DNA of 64,000 nt from positions 124,001-188,000 of the forward strand of contig CM039003.1 in the NCBI GenBank assembly GCA_017499595.2. The letters are read 5' to 3'. Of this stretch, positions 11,394 to 23,763 are shown piece after piece (the stretch's first letter is position 1; every line of letters begins with the position of its first letter). The translations under genes were made by a program, and so were the position numbers. The DNA is from Psilocybe cubensis (taxonomy: Eukaryota). Below the pieces are notes generated by a model that did not search any database, was not told the origin of the DNA, and saw only the letters and a list, made by a program, of their open reading frames with translations.

Positions 11394-11881
11394 CTTATTG
11401 TAAATCACTCCGTATGTTACGTTAATTCATCATTTTTAAATATATCGTAAGGTACGTAATTATACAACTGTCCTATGTGCCACTGCTGTTTCTGCATCCC
11501 CGCCCCCGCTATCCCAGTAGCAGACAAACCCTCCCAGCCCTGCACCTGCGTCGCATTCGCCACAAGCCCATTATTCAAGTCCAAATACGTCCCCGTGCGT
11601 ATGTTCTGCAACGTGTACACATCGCATCTTCCAGGAACAGATTTGATCAACCATTGCTGGTTGAATGTGTCCTCGGTGGTGGATTCAATGTGGAGTTGAC
11701 ATGGTGTGCCATTTGCTGATCTCGCTGTGTGGCCGATGATGATGTCAGTATAGGTCAACGTAGCATTTGGAGTTGGAAATGGGTTGATTAATTTACCTTG
11801 GGATAGGGCCAACATCATGTTGTTCCCATTGAACTGCTTCCTGTTGGAAATTGTATATACGTGGTTTGCGATGAAAGCCAT
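11394..11881 (-). pseudogene. Ricin-B (beta-trefoil) lectin-like gene, probably truncated by the transposon
   Basis: YTISN...QQWLI and YTLQNIRTGTYLDL...QQWHI subdomains; 72-nt GT-AG intron 11796-11725; no signal peptide; third subdomain missing. Confidence 0.65.
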
Positions 11882-13891
11882 ACTGGTTTTGAATCTTCAG
11901 CTAAAGACGTTAAAGTATGAAATGAATGTGCTGTCTTATCTGCTCACTCTCCATACGCACCCTTTATACCATCCAATAAATCCTATCAAAATCGTATTTC
12001 ATGAGCATTCTCGTAGATGAGGGTAAGTTGTCACTCCGTGATCGAAGCTACTGTTGGTGTGGAAGCACGCACCAGTCTTATTTAGACAATTGTGTTATCC
12101 CAAGCTTCCCATAGCGTCGTTTAAACCATCGCGGGTCCAGATACCTTCCAAAATTGTGCCGACAGACGCACCAGGTTATCATCCGTTCGTTTCCATCTTT
12201 TCATATACTTCATAGATGGCATTACTGGGCTGGGGTGTGAGTTATCGGCCCATCTTATAGACTTCAGAGTGTCAATTTGATGGTCGGGTGAGGGATTTGG
12301 CCGATGAAAGAAGGATAGCTTAATCCAAAGAGGTGTGTGCATACCAGAAGGCGGCAAGATGTTGATCAAGCGGTACCTGACGGTCAAAGTACAGGTCTAT
12401 AAGCCAATAGACACTGAAAGGGGTGTACAGGGGGCAGGAGTAGCTGCGTAGTCTGGGTCGATCAGTCTGCCAGTATTCACTGGAGTAAAGCGTAAGGAGG
12501 TAAAGCAGATGAATGGGGAACTTAAGGAACCCTTACCAAAACAGCTTTGAAACGTCCATGAGATCGGGTCATAGCTGGACGCTACAGTGCATGTCAGCCT
12601 CCACATATGGGAAATGAATACACATCAGGCCTAATGATGTAATGGCACAGAGACTGTCTTGTGCAGCCATTTCCTTTAGCTTCTCTTAACGAATGATGAC
12701 ATGGACACGTTGAGGTTTAGAGGTAGAGAAGCGTTCGGTGCAGTTTCCAACATCATTGAAACTCCGCTTTGAGCTCAGTTCCACGGTCATGCGACGGACA
12801 ACAACGATTGAAATATGTTTCGTGTCGTGATAGCTTGACGAATTGCATTATCAACTTGGTACCATGCTTCATATCGCAGTTGAGAAAGAACATTCGTGTA
12901 AATACATATTGGTTAACGCCTAGATAAAATCGTAGTAGCTGTGAATGATTGATTGTATCACCACTCTGTGTGTGAATGCCCGTGGGACTAAAGGGTAACA
13001 GAGCCGAAGCTTATTTATAATTTGCAACTTAGATGTATAGCAGGATACTCGACCGTACACGGCTGAATGCGGGGGCCTTGAGAACTTCTGGGCCTATTTG
13101 TCACATCCAAAATAATGTACTTTTGGAAACCGGATCCTGCTTCCGGTGCTAGACGCAATCAAACGTGGTGGGGTGGGTGCTTTCAGCAGCAGAAAGGAAA
13201 ATCTTCTGAACCAAACGTACACTATTTGTAGGAAACTGGTCATGCTGATGATGAGCGCTGATGACAGGCAACTGATCTGGCTAAGAAGCTGAATATCATC
13301 ACAGTCTATAGAAAAGTCAAGGAGTTCATGACACTTTATGCCATGAATAGAAGCTGATAATCAAATGAGAGGAACATATCAGTCTCACATTTTCCCGACA
13401 TTGATATGAACCTATCGATTTCTTCGTCCCGGTTTCAGCGGTGTCTTGGGGGATATTCGGCCTACATGTATTAAATGCAAATGTGAACCGACCAAACGTC
13501 TACTATCAGGACCTCGCACATGTGATTTCCCCTGCGTAAAATTATCCACCCTCTGAATCCGGATCCACTAACGATTTGATTTGTTAAATTGTTCGGATAC
13601 CAGAAGCTATGGGTATAGGATGACAGGTTACATCAATAGATTCGTTCAATGTTGGCCGAACTATTGATCATGATATTCAGCGCCGATGGCTAGTTTCCTG
13701 AATAGAAAGCCAGCAATTCCTATAATAATGACTAAGAAATGTAGGACATGTTTGTGCTATTAATACGTACTGATAATCAAAGGTCAGGAGCATGTAACAT
13801 TGGAGCTACATATATTGGATCTGTACATTGAAAACAACGGAAAGAGGCCATCATCCCTCCATCCTTCTCACACTGTGGTACTTGTAGTTCC

Positions 13892-15613
13892 ATGAATTCG
13901 ACATCTGCTTTACCCTCACAGGAGTCTCTGAAGACACTGGTCCACACTCTTGAAATAATTCAATTAACTAGAATCCTTAGAGGTGCGCGACCATCCTACC
14001 TTGTTGACTGTCCGCTAGCTTACTGAATCAATCAGTGTCCGCTGTCTGCATTATCATGTACGATTATAGTATGTTGTTGTTGTTGTTTGGTGAATGCAGT
14101 TCCTAATCATTCAAAGTCATCACATTTGACCAAGAGGTAGGCGCAAACATCCTTGATTCCTTCGCTCAGATTAAAATACTGCATACTGACACTATATGAA
14201 TGATCTTAGGTGTCATTCCTATGGGTAAGCAGTCAAAATTCCTGTTTCATTTGATCATTTCATATTTATTTTGCTCAATATGTATGATAGAGTAAACGAC
14301 CCTCACTCATAAAGATACTGTTCTTTTTGGTTAGTGAGATTACGCCTTTCCCTTCAGAAGCGAACAACCGTGAACTGGTAAATGGTAGAATCGCTATTAT
14401 TTTCTCGGGACTTCAATGTTAGCTTTTTCCTTTGCATCTCATGCCATTTACTGATTTATTTTCTAGATATGTCCTTTATGGTAGCTAAAGCATTCTAAGT
14501 AATGAATTTATTCCCCATCGCTGATTAAAAGAATCATCTAGGATTCTTTTTTCCGGCTGTGAATGATAAAGTATGTGTGTTTGCAAAGAAATTGTTGTCG
14601 TTGTTTTCTGACTTCTTGATTCAGTTGTATGTCTTTTTGCACCTAGATGTTGTGAACAAAATTCGCTAACTCTGTTCTATGCTTTTCGTCTCAGTTGTGA
14701 GCCATTTAGTTACAGACCTTCCATGAGTGCAATATCTGACTATATGTCGCAGGCCTAAACTTCATGAGATGGCAGGCATGGACAACATTTCTAGGAACAT
14801 TATTTTCGCAAGGCAAGCATCACCACGTCTACAATGCAGAGAGAATTGATATAGTTTCATATGTTCAGCCATTCTTCAGGTCAGACTATATGCCCTCTAT
14901 TCCAAAAGCCGGAAGCTACTTGCTTTCCTGCTGCCCTTCTACGTTTTATCATCCCTGGGATCTATGTTTGTTGTCCGTCAAACGGTAATACAGCTCTCAG
15001 TCGGTGAGTATTGCTGGTTAACGTTTTCAAATACAATTTCTGATTAATTTCGAGTAAAGATCATAATGCTATGGCAATCCCAATACCAGGAGGACACTTC
15101 TGCGTCGTTGCCCATAGTCCAACATTTATATATGCATTTTGGATACCAGCCTTCGCTTTTGACTGGACGCTCTGCGCACTAGCTATCCGTAGAGGATATT
15201 TGTGTTTCAAAAATTTGAAATCATATGGCCCACAATCCAGCTACACAACGGGTATTCGCATTATGGATATCCTAGTTAGAGACTCTGGTCTTTATTTCAT
15301 TGCGTAAGTCGGAGAGACGCGTCATGACTATTGGGTTATCTCATATTGACCACTTACCAGAATGGCTGTCACATACCTCGTTTGCATGGTTATTTGGATA
15401 GTGGATTTGGTAAGATATCAAAAACTGTGCTTGTGTCGCTGATAGGCCTTCTGTTTCTTGCTAGTGTCGAGTCTGACATTACCTCTCATTTTACAGGAAC
15501 TTTTTGATGCACCAGTAGGGTTCTCAATTGCCATGTCTTCCACTCTTTGCAACCGCCTGGTACTCAGAGTTCACATGGCTTTATCCGAACGTCCTGGTAT
15601 TCCATCGAGTTAA
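13892..15613 (+). CDS. DUF6533 multi-pass (7TM-like) membrane protein, many short exons
   Basis: YDY..TFDQEVSFLW N-terminal motif, ILQVRLYALY, ILVRDSGLYF, CNRLVLRV; includes two 2-nt exons and a GC-AG intron. Confidence 0.85.
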
Positions 15614-15707
15614 AACGGTTTCCACAACGAGTAGACCCTGAAGGACATGGAAATAATATGTACTGGGAGAATCGTGAAATGATATCTTGCTACTTAACTG
15701 AAATCAA

Positions 15708-17717
15708 CTAGTCAGCTTCATTATCAATGTTGCGGACAATCTTCAACATAAATAAATATACAATTCTGACTTGCACCAGCTGTTCAAACACAAACCACCC
15801 TAAGTCCTTTGAATCTTCTGTGGAATGAAAGTAGCCTACGCGCCTAAAGTCTCCCCCCTCAGCAGCAATAACAATTAAACCAACCGCGTACGATTCTTTA
15901 AGGTTCCATCTCACAGGAACAGCCCAAACCTCTTCAACAGATTCGCTTTCCTCGGCACTATCAGGATATGAACATGCGACACAAACCCGTTCTCCTTCTC
16001 GGAAAACAAACAAATCAGGCATCTCCGCCGTAGGATTCCACGTTACCCTGACCAGCGCAGCACGCAACTGCAATACCCCTCCTACTACCCCACCAAATAT
16101 GACCATCTCGCTGGCTAGCATCACACTGCAGTAGACAACCTTACACTCCGAAATACTGTATCTGTCAGTGTCCAGCCTTGAATCGTCTTCCGTCCCTGTA
16201 TTGACATGTCCGTCGACTGCCGCCCACGACCAAGATGGCGCGCGGTACTGCACTGGACGCGGGTGCCTTTTTGCGTAGTTCTTGAGCCAGAGGAGGTCTT
16301 CTACCAGCGTATGCCGCCATATACCGGCGAGGTACTCGCTCCTAGGCCAGACACGTTGGAACTGAGCAGCCACACCCGAAAGGGCTACCAGCTTGTCAGA
16401 AGGCGCGGTCATGTTGCGCTGGGAATAGTCTTCCAGGATATAATTCCATGCGCGTCTGGCTTCATCCATCTCCCGCTGCGAGGGGATACTATCCACCCCA
16501 CCTGTGTAAGTGTTAAAGACGGCCCTGGGCAGCCGCTTTCCACTGACAGATGGACACACGGCGTCTCCGATATTTACTGTTTCTGTCTGACAACAGTACT
16601 GCAATGTATGTGAGGCGTAGATCATAGATCTTGGTGAAAGCATGCGCTCCTGTAGACACCAGGCGCGACTGCTGACAGGCTCCGACAACTCTTCATACTG
16701 TTTCCAGACTGGCGAGAGACAAACGGACCCCAACGTTCGATCCGGACACAAAAACGGCACTCGTGTGTCCCTCTCCACAGTTGAATCTGGTCGGTCTTGC
16801 ATAAACCCTTCGCTGACCCTTCCAGCACTTGCGGCGACGATGGTGAGGTGCGCATCGTGGTAAATCCGTCTCATATCGGAAATCTCGCAGTTTTTATCGG
16901 CCTGAGAGTCCTGAAGAATGCAAAGAGCATCCACCCAGAGGTATCGTAGCCCATAACGATGGGTGGCAATGATAGCGTCTTGGATTGTCTTCGGTAGTTC
17001 CTCGAGATCAAGTTTTTTCATACGCACATCGATGTTCTCGGTTGTAGTGCATGGCTGCGGTTCTCCCCACACGTAACTCAGTGCTACATATTCATCCATC
17101 ATGCCTTTGGTGATGAAAATCCTTGGTGTCATTGGTTTAGCACAGTCAATAACACGGGTTGGAAGCCTGCTTTTCTGCGGCTTTGGGCACCCATGATGAT
17201 AAGTAATGCAATGTGCCATACAGTCTAGTGCTTGCCTATAGCTCTTAGGGGACAACACTCAGCGTACAAGGTCCCTTGCGTTGATATACCGAGCAGCAGC
17301 GTCATCTAAAGATCATCAGTGAGGTAAGCACCCGTAGAAAAAGTCGAACCTGCCCTCTTTAGTATAGGTATAAAACGTCGCACTCGGCCGACCGTTAATC
17401 CCCAGCCTCAAGGTCTTCCGCCCCTTCAGCATCGTACCTGGATTCTCAATCTGCGTGCGGAACCCAACCGTCACACTGAGTTTGGCCTCATCGATAGGGA
17501 TCGCCTCATCCTTCACAGACAAAAGAAGCTTACACCAGGTGCACTCAGCCTCTGCAGAGTTCTGTACGTCTTCCCATGTAGTTGAGTAGGAGGATCCACC
17601 GAGCAGGGTCTGCGATGCCAGAGCCTTTTGAAACGGGATAAAGGAAAAGAGATTGCTTCGGCATGTTTTACACACGATAACTGGGAAATCTCTAGCCTCA
17701 ACCGAGATATCATTCAT
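15708..17717 (-). pseudogene. HET-domain (heterokaryon incompatibility type) protein with in-frame TGA at 17261-17259
   Basis: LPTRVIDC, YVALSYVWG, LPKTIQDAI, YLWVDALCILQD, RAWCLQER, DKLVALSG, YLAGIW, YRAPSWSWA. The splice to DDAAARYINARDLVR hits TGA before VLSPKSY. Confidence 0.8.
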
Positions 17718-18099
17718 GGCTAGAAACAGAGATTATCTGGAGGCAGCACGGTCAAGAAGGGCAGTGTCAAGCAGGTGGAAAGTCAAGGAAAAGCACCGAA
17801 GTATGCAAGGCTCTCCCAGTTGGGAATAGAAATGCATGCAGTCGGTTATTTTAAGTTCTAAACCAATATATATTTGTACACTTAATTGACGTCTTAACAC
17901 GACCTTAAAGGTCTCAAAAAGGGCTTCAAAAGCGATACCAAACGTAAAGGGAACACTGATACTGATGCACTGCGACCAGATTAAACCGATGCGCTAACAA
18001 CGCGCCATACATCCATTCAGCGTATACAAGGGACTGTAAATACATAGCACCGTATCCATCTTCACAAATCGTATCCCGTACTGTCTCCGCTGACTGTAA

Positions 18100-19761
18100 T
18101 TATGACCATTGGCTCCTCGCTCGCAGGCTATATATGCCTGTTTCCCTGGGGGAGACGGCGGAACGTAAGTTGATTAGTATCCTGCTTCCTAGTATAGCCG
18201 ATACGGCCGTCAGATAGGGGATGGGAGCATCCAGCATTGGCTAGACGAAGCGTCAGCTGAATGACATTTTTTGAGTCAATCTAGTAGAGTATTTTCTCAC
18301 TGGGGGATAGTAGTTCCACCACAGTATACTCATAATATACGCCATCGCAATGCTAAACACACATACGTCATAATCAGCAAATAATATCCTCTTTTCATCA
18401 CCAAAATGGATTTAAACACCTACACAATGAAGTATAGGACAGAGTCCCGCACCATGACCTCCATGAGTGACTTACCCTTAATAAAAATCGAGACATTCGA
18501 ACCAATTTTACTACCCTTCACCGCCTTCCGGATGGCCATTGCACACAGAACGCTCTCAAACAACAGGGGCGGGATCCAAAACTTTGCATAGAAGCGAGTT
18601 AAGCTGCTTTCCTCCGGGGCACAGTACGTCCCGCCAGGGATATTTACTACTTGTACTGCCATGAGATTTTTGTTAGTGACATGGCGGTATTTCTGGATGC
18701 AATGGAGCAGCAAAATTGGTTTGCGTACTCACCTACGACCGAAGTTGTAGCTACAAACCATATTTCAACTGCTGTTGTGGCGGCGAATCCTACTAGCAAT
18801 CCTATGAGAACCATATGATTGAAGGAGTACAGTGCATAAATCCGCATTTGCAGGATCACTACAGGCAGTCAGAATTGCTTGGTTAGCAAATTATTTGAGA
18901 CGCTTCAAAGTTGGAGAGATGTAAGAACACGCCTTGATTAATTACAGGGGTTAACATGATCGTGACCACTTGCCAGAGGGAGAATTGGTTGCCTAGGTGG
19001 GTCAATGGATATTTGTGTAAATTACACAATGATTAAATGGATTCGGAATACTCACAGCTAGGGACAACATCAAGCATTATTTAGCATTCAGCTAATTATT
19101 TCAATCAAGGAGAGTCCTTTCTTACAACTAATAACACATAAATGTTAATATTTACTGAGCGTGAGATAGAAATATACCTGCTGGGACACCTTTAGGGAGA
19201 GATATGCTAACAGGAACCAATCGTAAGCTCATTTAAGGGGTCCAGAACTGTTAGGCGCACCATAAAGCTCTACTCTGCAGAGAAAAAATGAAATTTAAAC
19301 TTTATTTGAGGCTAGGCAGAACGACTTGCAATGCTGTTGCCAAAACGTAGTAACGATTTTGCCATTTAAGTAGCCTGTGAGATAGTCGAAGTATAGAATA
19401 ATCCAACATTCAAACCCACCACGAAGAACATTATTTTTCCAAAGGTAAGTTTTCCTGGCTGTCCGAACACAAGCTCAGATTAGACCTATATTTCATCGAG
19501 AAGGAAAGAGCATAGGTAGCACCCAAAACAAAGATATTTCGTTGTCCAAAGTGATGACTACGAATTTGGAGATCAGAACGTTCACAAAATAGTATATCGA
19601 AAGTGAACTTTACCATAGTCGTAGAGATACCACACGATAGGAGCCACTAGAAGTAATAGTTGAGTGAATGCCTCCCAGACAAGGAATTGGAATGACATAC
19701 ATCGTGCGTATTCAATTTGTTTGATTACACGAAGGAGGCTGATTAATTGTCCTGAATCCAT
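18100..19761 (-). CDS. DUF6533 multi-pass membrane protein, paralog of 13892-15613
   Basis: YLYDY..TLDNEISLFW, ILQMRIYALY, VMVRDSVLYF, SRILINLR; same 14-nt, 29-nt, 2-nt, 2-nt exon series as the paralog. Confidence 0.85.
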
Positions 19762-20569
19762 AAAACGGAGATAGGAGAACCTGAGGTTGAATCGTACACT
19801 TCTACACCAAGCGAGGTCTCTCTTGTCGCTCTCGGTATTTATCAACCGCAAATATGGCTTGACATTGTGCAATGTTTAGCAACCTCCGCGGCGTGGTCTA
19901 TGTTTGGGGTGTATCAAGTCCTGTTTAAAATTAACAAAATGCCACGAATGCTGAAGGAAAGTCATGGTGGTGTCATACACAACAAATGAATGGTTCTTGA
20001 ATTGATAGTTTGATACCATGGTCTCTGCGAAGCATACTCACAACTACATTTATCACGAACCACTAGGTGTTCATATTCCCTCACGGCTGTACTAATAACT
20101 TTTGCAAGAGAATTCATGTGGAAGGGGACATTGAACGGTTTGAGAAGAGTCTAAACTGGTGGTGTTTATCCCAGAGACAAAGCATTTCTATGTATATAAG
20201 CCTGATTACTTGCCTATATTCTGATCCATGGGTACCTCGAAGACCTTTAAATTTGATGATTTCCAGTTTCCCGTGATGGCTGACAGATTATCAATGCAAT
20301 GCGACAGAGGTCATTCTCCATCTGATGGTTGGAAAGGAGATTAGAGGGAGGAAGCGATACCTCGCCAGAGGGGATCCGCCACTGAATTAAGCGTTGTGGG
20401 AGAATATATTATACATAGCAGAATCTGGTAAGCTATAAATTATATGACGTGATCGGTGTGTACGATGCCCTTCTAATTAATCCTTCAAGGTCATATCTCT
20501 TCATCACAAAACATACAGACGCCATGACTGAAGTCACTTGAAGATCACAAGTTGTTACCATCTTACAGA

Positions 20570-21452
20570 CACTGCGGGCGCCGACCGCTGTAAGTTAAAC
20601 ATACAGCAGAAAACTTACATGTCTTATGTAAGTTTCGCTGTAAATTCAACATACAGCACACGTGTATGAAAAACAAACACTCGACAAAGACATATTGTGT
20701 TTGGTGGCTGTATGCCGACCAAACACAATTGCTGTAAGTAGACTGTAAATAAAATAAACACCTAAATTACACAAATTGTGTTTGTCCGGTGTTAGTAAAA
20801 CATACACATTTTCTGTAAATGACACAAACAGCACTTGCTGTAAGTAAAATTTACATACAAAGAACACTATTTGTGTATGTCAGACTTACACCATTAAATG
20901 AATTGAAAAACTTGTGTAAGTATAACATACACAAATTGTTTTCTTTGTGTGTAATTTCTACTTACAGTAAGTGCTGTTTGTATTACTTACAGACACCGCT
21001 GGCGCTCATACATATTTTCAAAGAAAATAAGACCCAGTAATTATGTTTCCTACATTTTTTTGACGTATTTTATTGGAATATAGGCTTCGGGCTTCCCTAA
21101 TTGGGTAACCCCGGACTCTATATACGAGAAAAATATGTCAAAAACCAACAAGAAACATAATTACCGATACATATTTTTCTATCAAATATGTATCAGCGCC
21201 AGCAGTGAGAAAATGTGTATGTTTTACTAACACCGGACAAACACAATTTGTGTAATTTAGGTGTTTATTCTATTTACAGTCTACTTACAGCAATTGTGTT
21301 TGGTCGGCATACAGCCACCAAACACAATATGTCTTTGTTAAATTTTTGTTTTCCCGACACATATGCTGTAAGTTGAACATACACCTAAACTTACATAAGA
21401 CATGTAAGTTTACTGCTGTATGTTTAACTTACAGCAGTCGGCGCCCGCAGTG
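20570..21452. mobile_element. Non-autonomous CACTA/CMC-like fold-back MITE (CACTG termini, 3-bp TSD AGA)
   Basis: Starts CACTGCGGGCGCCGAC, ends GTCGGCGCCCGCAGTG; AGA at 20567-20569 and 21453-21455; arms complementary along most of the length. Confidence 0.92.
20994..21207. mobile_element. 214-bp CACTG-type MITE nested in the right arm of the previous MITE (TSD AGA)
   Basis: CACCGCTGGCGCTCATACATATTT ... AAATATGTATCAGCGCCAGCAGTG; AGA on both sides; removing it restores the host arm's symmetry. Confidence 0.88.
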
Positions 21453-23305
21453 AGAAGTGTCGTTGGATATGAAACTTTATGCCGTAAGAGACAGATATGT
21501 GCCCTAATAAAACTCCAAATGATACAACTGCGGGGACTTGAAATGAAAACGAAGTCTTGCGACAATCAATTGGAAATCGGATTGACAGCCTTGCAAAGCT
21601 TCTACGAGGGTTTCATTCAGGTTTCGTCACATCGGCATTCAACGGCGTTATCGGACATACACCTACGGTGGCAAATCAAAGCAATGTCCAACTCTCTAGA
21701 ATAAGCAAATATGTAAGCCCATTCTCTTTTTAAATCCCAGTATTACAATTGACTGCTGGGGTGAGGAAGGAGCGAGTGAAAAGGCCAGACCGGTATCCAA
21801 GACCGAAAAAAAGGTAGCACGTGATCGTAGAGTTTCGGTATTTCCCGTCGGGTATTCTCGAGGCTTTTTGCAGGTCCCAACTTTTTTTAGTTTTTGTCTC
21901 TTTCCCCGATGTTCTGATGTCGCATACACGAATGCCGGCGACGAAAGTGTATACACCTACTGTTAAAATTTATGGGCATTTTTCTCTAAACAACTCGGAG
22001 AGTAAAAGTGAGTTCCTCAATTTTGGTGTGGCTCTGACCCCTATTTTCAGTAGCTTTGCGACTTTTAGCTCGCGGCAATTTATCCAAATTTCTCCTTATC
22101 TCCCTACATCCCTCGATGACACTTCTGCTGTGCATATACCTCTCAGGATGTCGGCTCAGGCAATATTTCCCCGTGTAATGATGTGACCGGTCATATATGG
22201 GTTGGATGCGGGGAGTAGCGTGATTCTGAGGAGTGGCACAGCATATTCCACCGAGTCGATCGGTGTATCTGCTTGCGTGTGCAGCAGTATTCGATTGGAA
22301 TCTCCTGGGATACGCTGGTGTCTTTCCTCATGCGCTGAAAGATTTCCCTTCTGCATCCCAAGGTGCATATATGCGCTCTGTTGTCGGGCTACAGACATCA
22401 TTTACCATGAACCCTACCCGCATTGATGAACTGAACCATCTACTGTCAATTTCGTTGTCTCAATCTTCCGCCTGCTCTGTTGCTTTGCCACTTCCAGGGT
22501 TGTTCACTCTGTGGGAGACCTTGTTCTGAAGTCTCACGCGCCTAGTTGAGGCATCCAAATTATCTGCCTTTCTTTGCTGCATATGTCATCCTTGCTTCGC
22601 TACGGCTAAGACTGTTGTTTAGTCTTGATCATTCCCACACATTGCCGCATATGGACATGGATATATTCCCTCTAACTGTCGACTGTACATTCCAGCCATC
22701 ATTTTCTGCGTTCAACACCATGACTTTCCTACTCACGTTGCTCACTGACGAGACGACAAGGTTTTTGTTAATCGCCGTTTCTTTTCTCTTCTCCTCCATA
22801 TCCAATACTCAGTCAGCCCGAATGCGTGCTCGTATATGCGTCTTCATCTGGTTGTTTCAATACCGATCCGTAAAAACTGTTCACAGCCCCCTTCTCCCTC
22901 TCCTTCCCATTCTGCTTCACACCCACGACTTGATTTACGATGCATCTTGGGCCTTGGGTAGCACTAATTCTGATTGTTGATGTGGCAATTGGCGAATCCC
23001 ACTTGTGGATCGCCTTCTCTGCCTTTTTCACATCTCCACCGACCATTTGAAAGGTGAGGTATCCAACAAACGAATCGCGCATGTACGGTGAGTTTCTTCT
23101 GATGGACGTGAAGTGTCCGCGTATGTCCACTTTGAGGTACTCAGTACGTACACTACTCTGCGAAACGCGCCCTTTCTTGCGAGGTACTGCTTCCATTAAA
23201 CTTCGGCGACTTCCGATTTACTGGTTAAGTCCAATATTCTTTCCTTGTCATAGATTCAACGAAAATTCGGAAATAGCTAAATCCATATCAAGCTGATATG
23301 TTAGA

Positions 23306-23626
23306 CTAGGGGATAGTCCAAAATCCGTCTCCAGCGATGTTATTGGGTGGGAAAATGGGCTGGTTTAATGTTCCAGAAATGATAACATTATTAGTGAAGG
23401 TGAGCGTGAAATCGTTACTACCAAGTGGGCCGCTGAAATCACGGGAGGAGATGAGGTCGTCCTCGTTGGTGTAGGTCAGCGTTGCAGTATCGCAGATGAA
23501 TGTCTGCACACTAGGTACGAATGATCCAATGAACGTTGCTTGCTGACCACTCGTAAGCATGAAGATCGCCGTGAAGGTACTGGGGCTGTCTGACTGGATA
23601 CATCCATTAGCTGTCATTTGGGACAT
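23306..23626 (-). CDS. 106-aa small beta-strand-rich cytoplasmic protein of unknown function
   Basis: Intronless ORF with alternating hydrophobic strands and C-terminal GDGFW; 5' UTR intron 23696-23650 and TATA box upstream. Confidence 0.75.
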   Translation of the reverse strand: MSQMTANGCIQSDSPSTFTAIFMLTSGQQATFIGSFVPSVQTFICDTATLTYTNEDDLISSRDFSGPLGSNDFTLTFTNNVIISGTLNQPIFPPNNIAGDGFWTIP

Positions 23627-23756
23627 GGCCGTTATTGCTTGAGATCAGCCTGTTGGTATTGAGCAATAAGTATACATACAGTAAAATGAGACTTACTTGC
23701 TTGACTTGACAGACGAAGTGTATGATTTTCCGAAGTTTTTCTTGCATTTTCCGGGC

Positions 23757-23763
23757 TTTTATA
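23757..23763 (-). promoter_or_regulatory. TATA box of the 106-aa gene
   Basis: TATAAAA on the minus strand just upstream of the 5' UTR intron. Confidence 0.5.

Noticed and set aside
12020-12900. Protein-like minus-strand fragments with a gtaag donor
   Set aside because: Multiple stops in every frame and no recognisable motif; may be a decayed gene but cannot be supported.
20570-21452. Recurrent short motifs suggesting a CRISPR-like array; small ORFs in MITEs
   Set aside because: Eukaryotic DNA; the motifs are internal repeats of a fold-back MITE with no repeat-spacer periodicity, and the ORFs are spurious.
21700-23296. Overlapping 80-144 aa ORFs on both strands
   Set aside because: No consistent exon chain or domain; possibly a degraded gene or TE relic.
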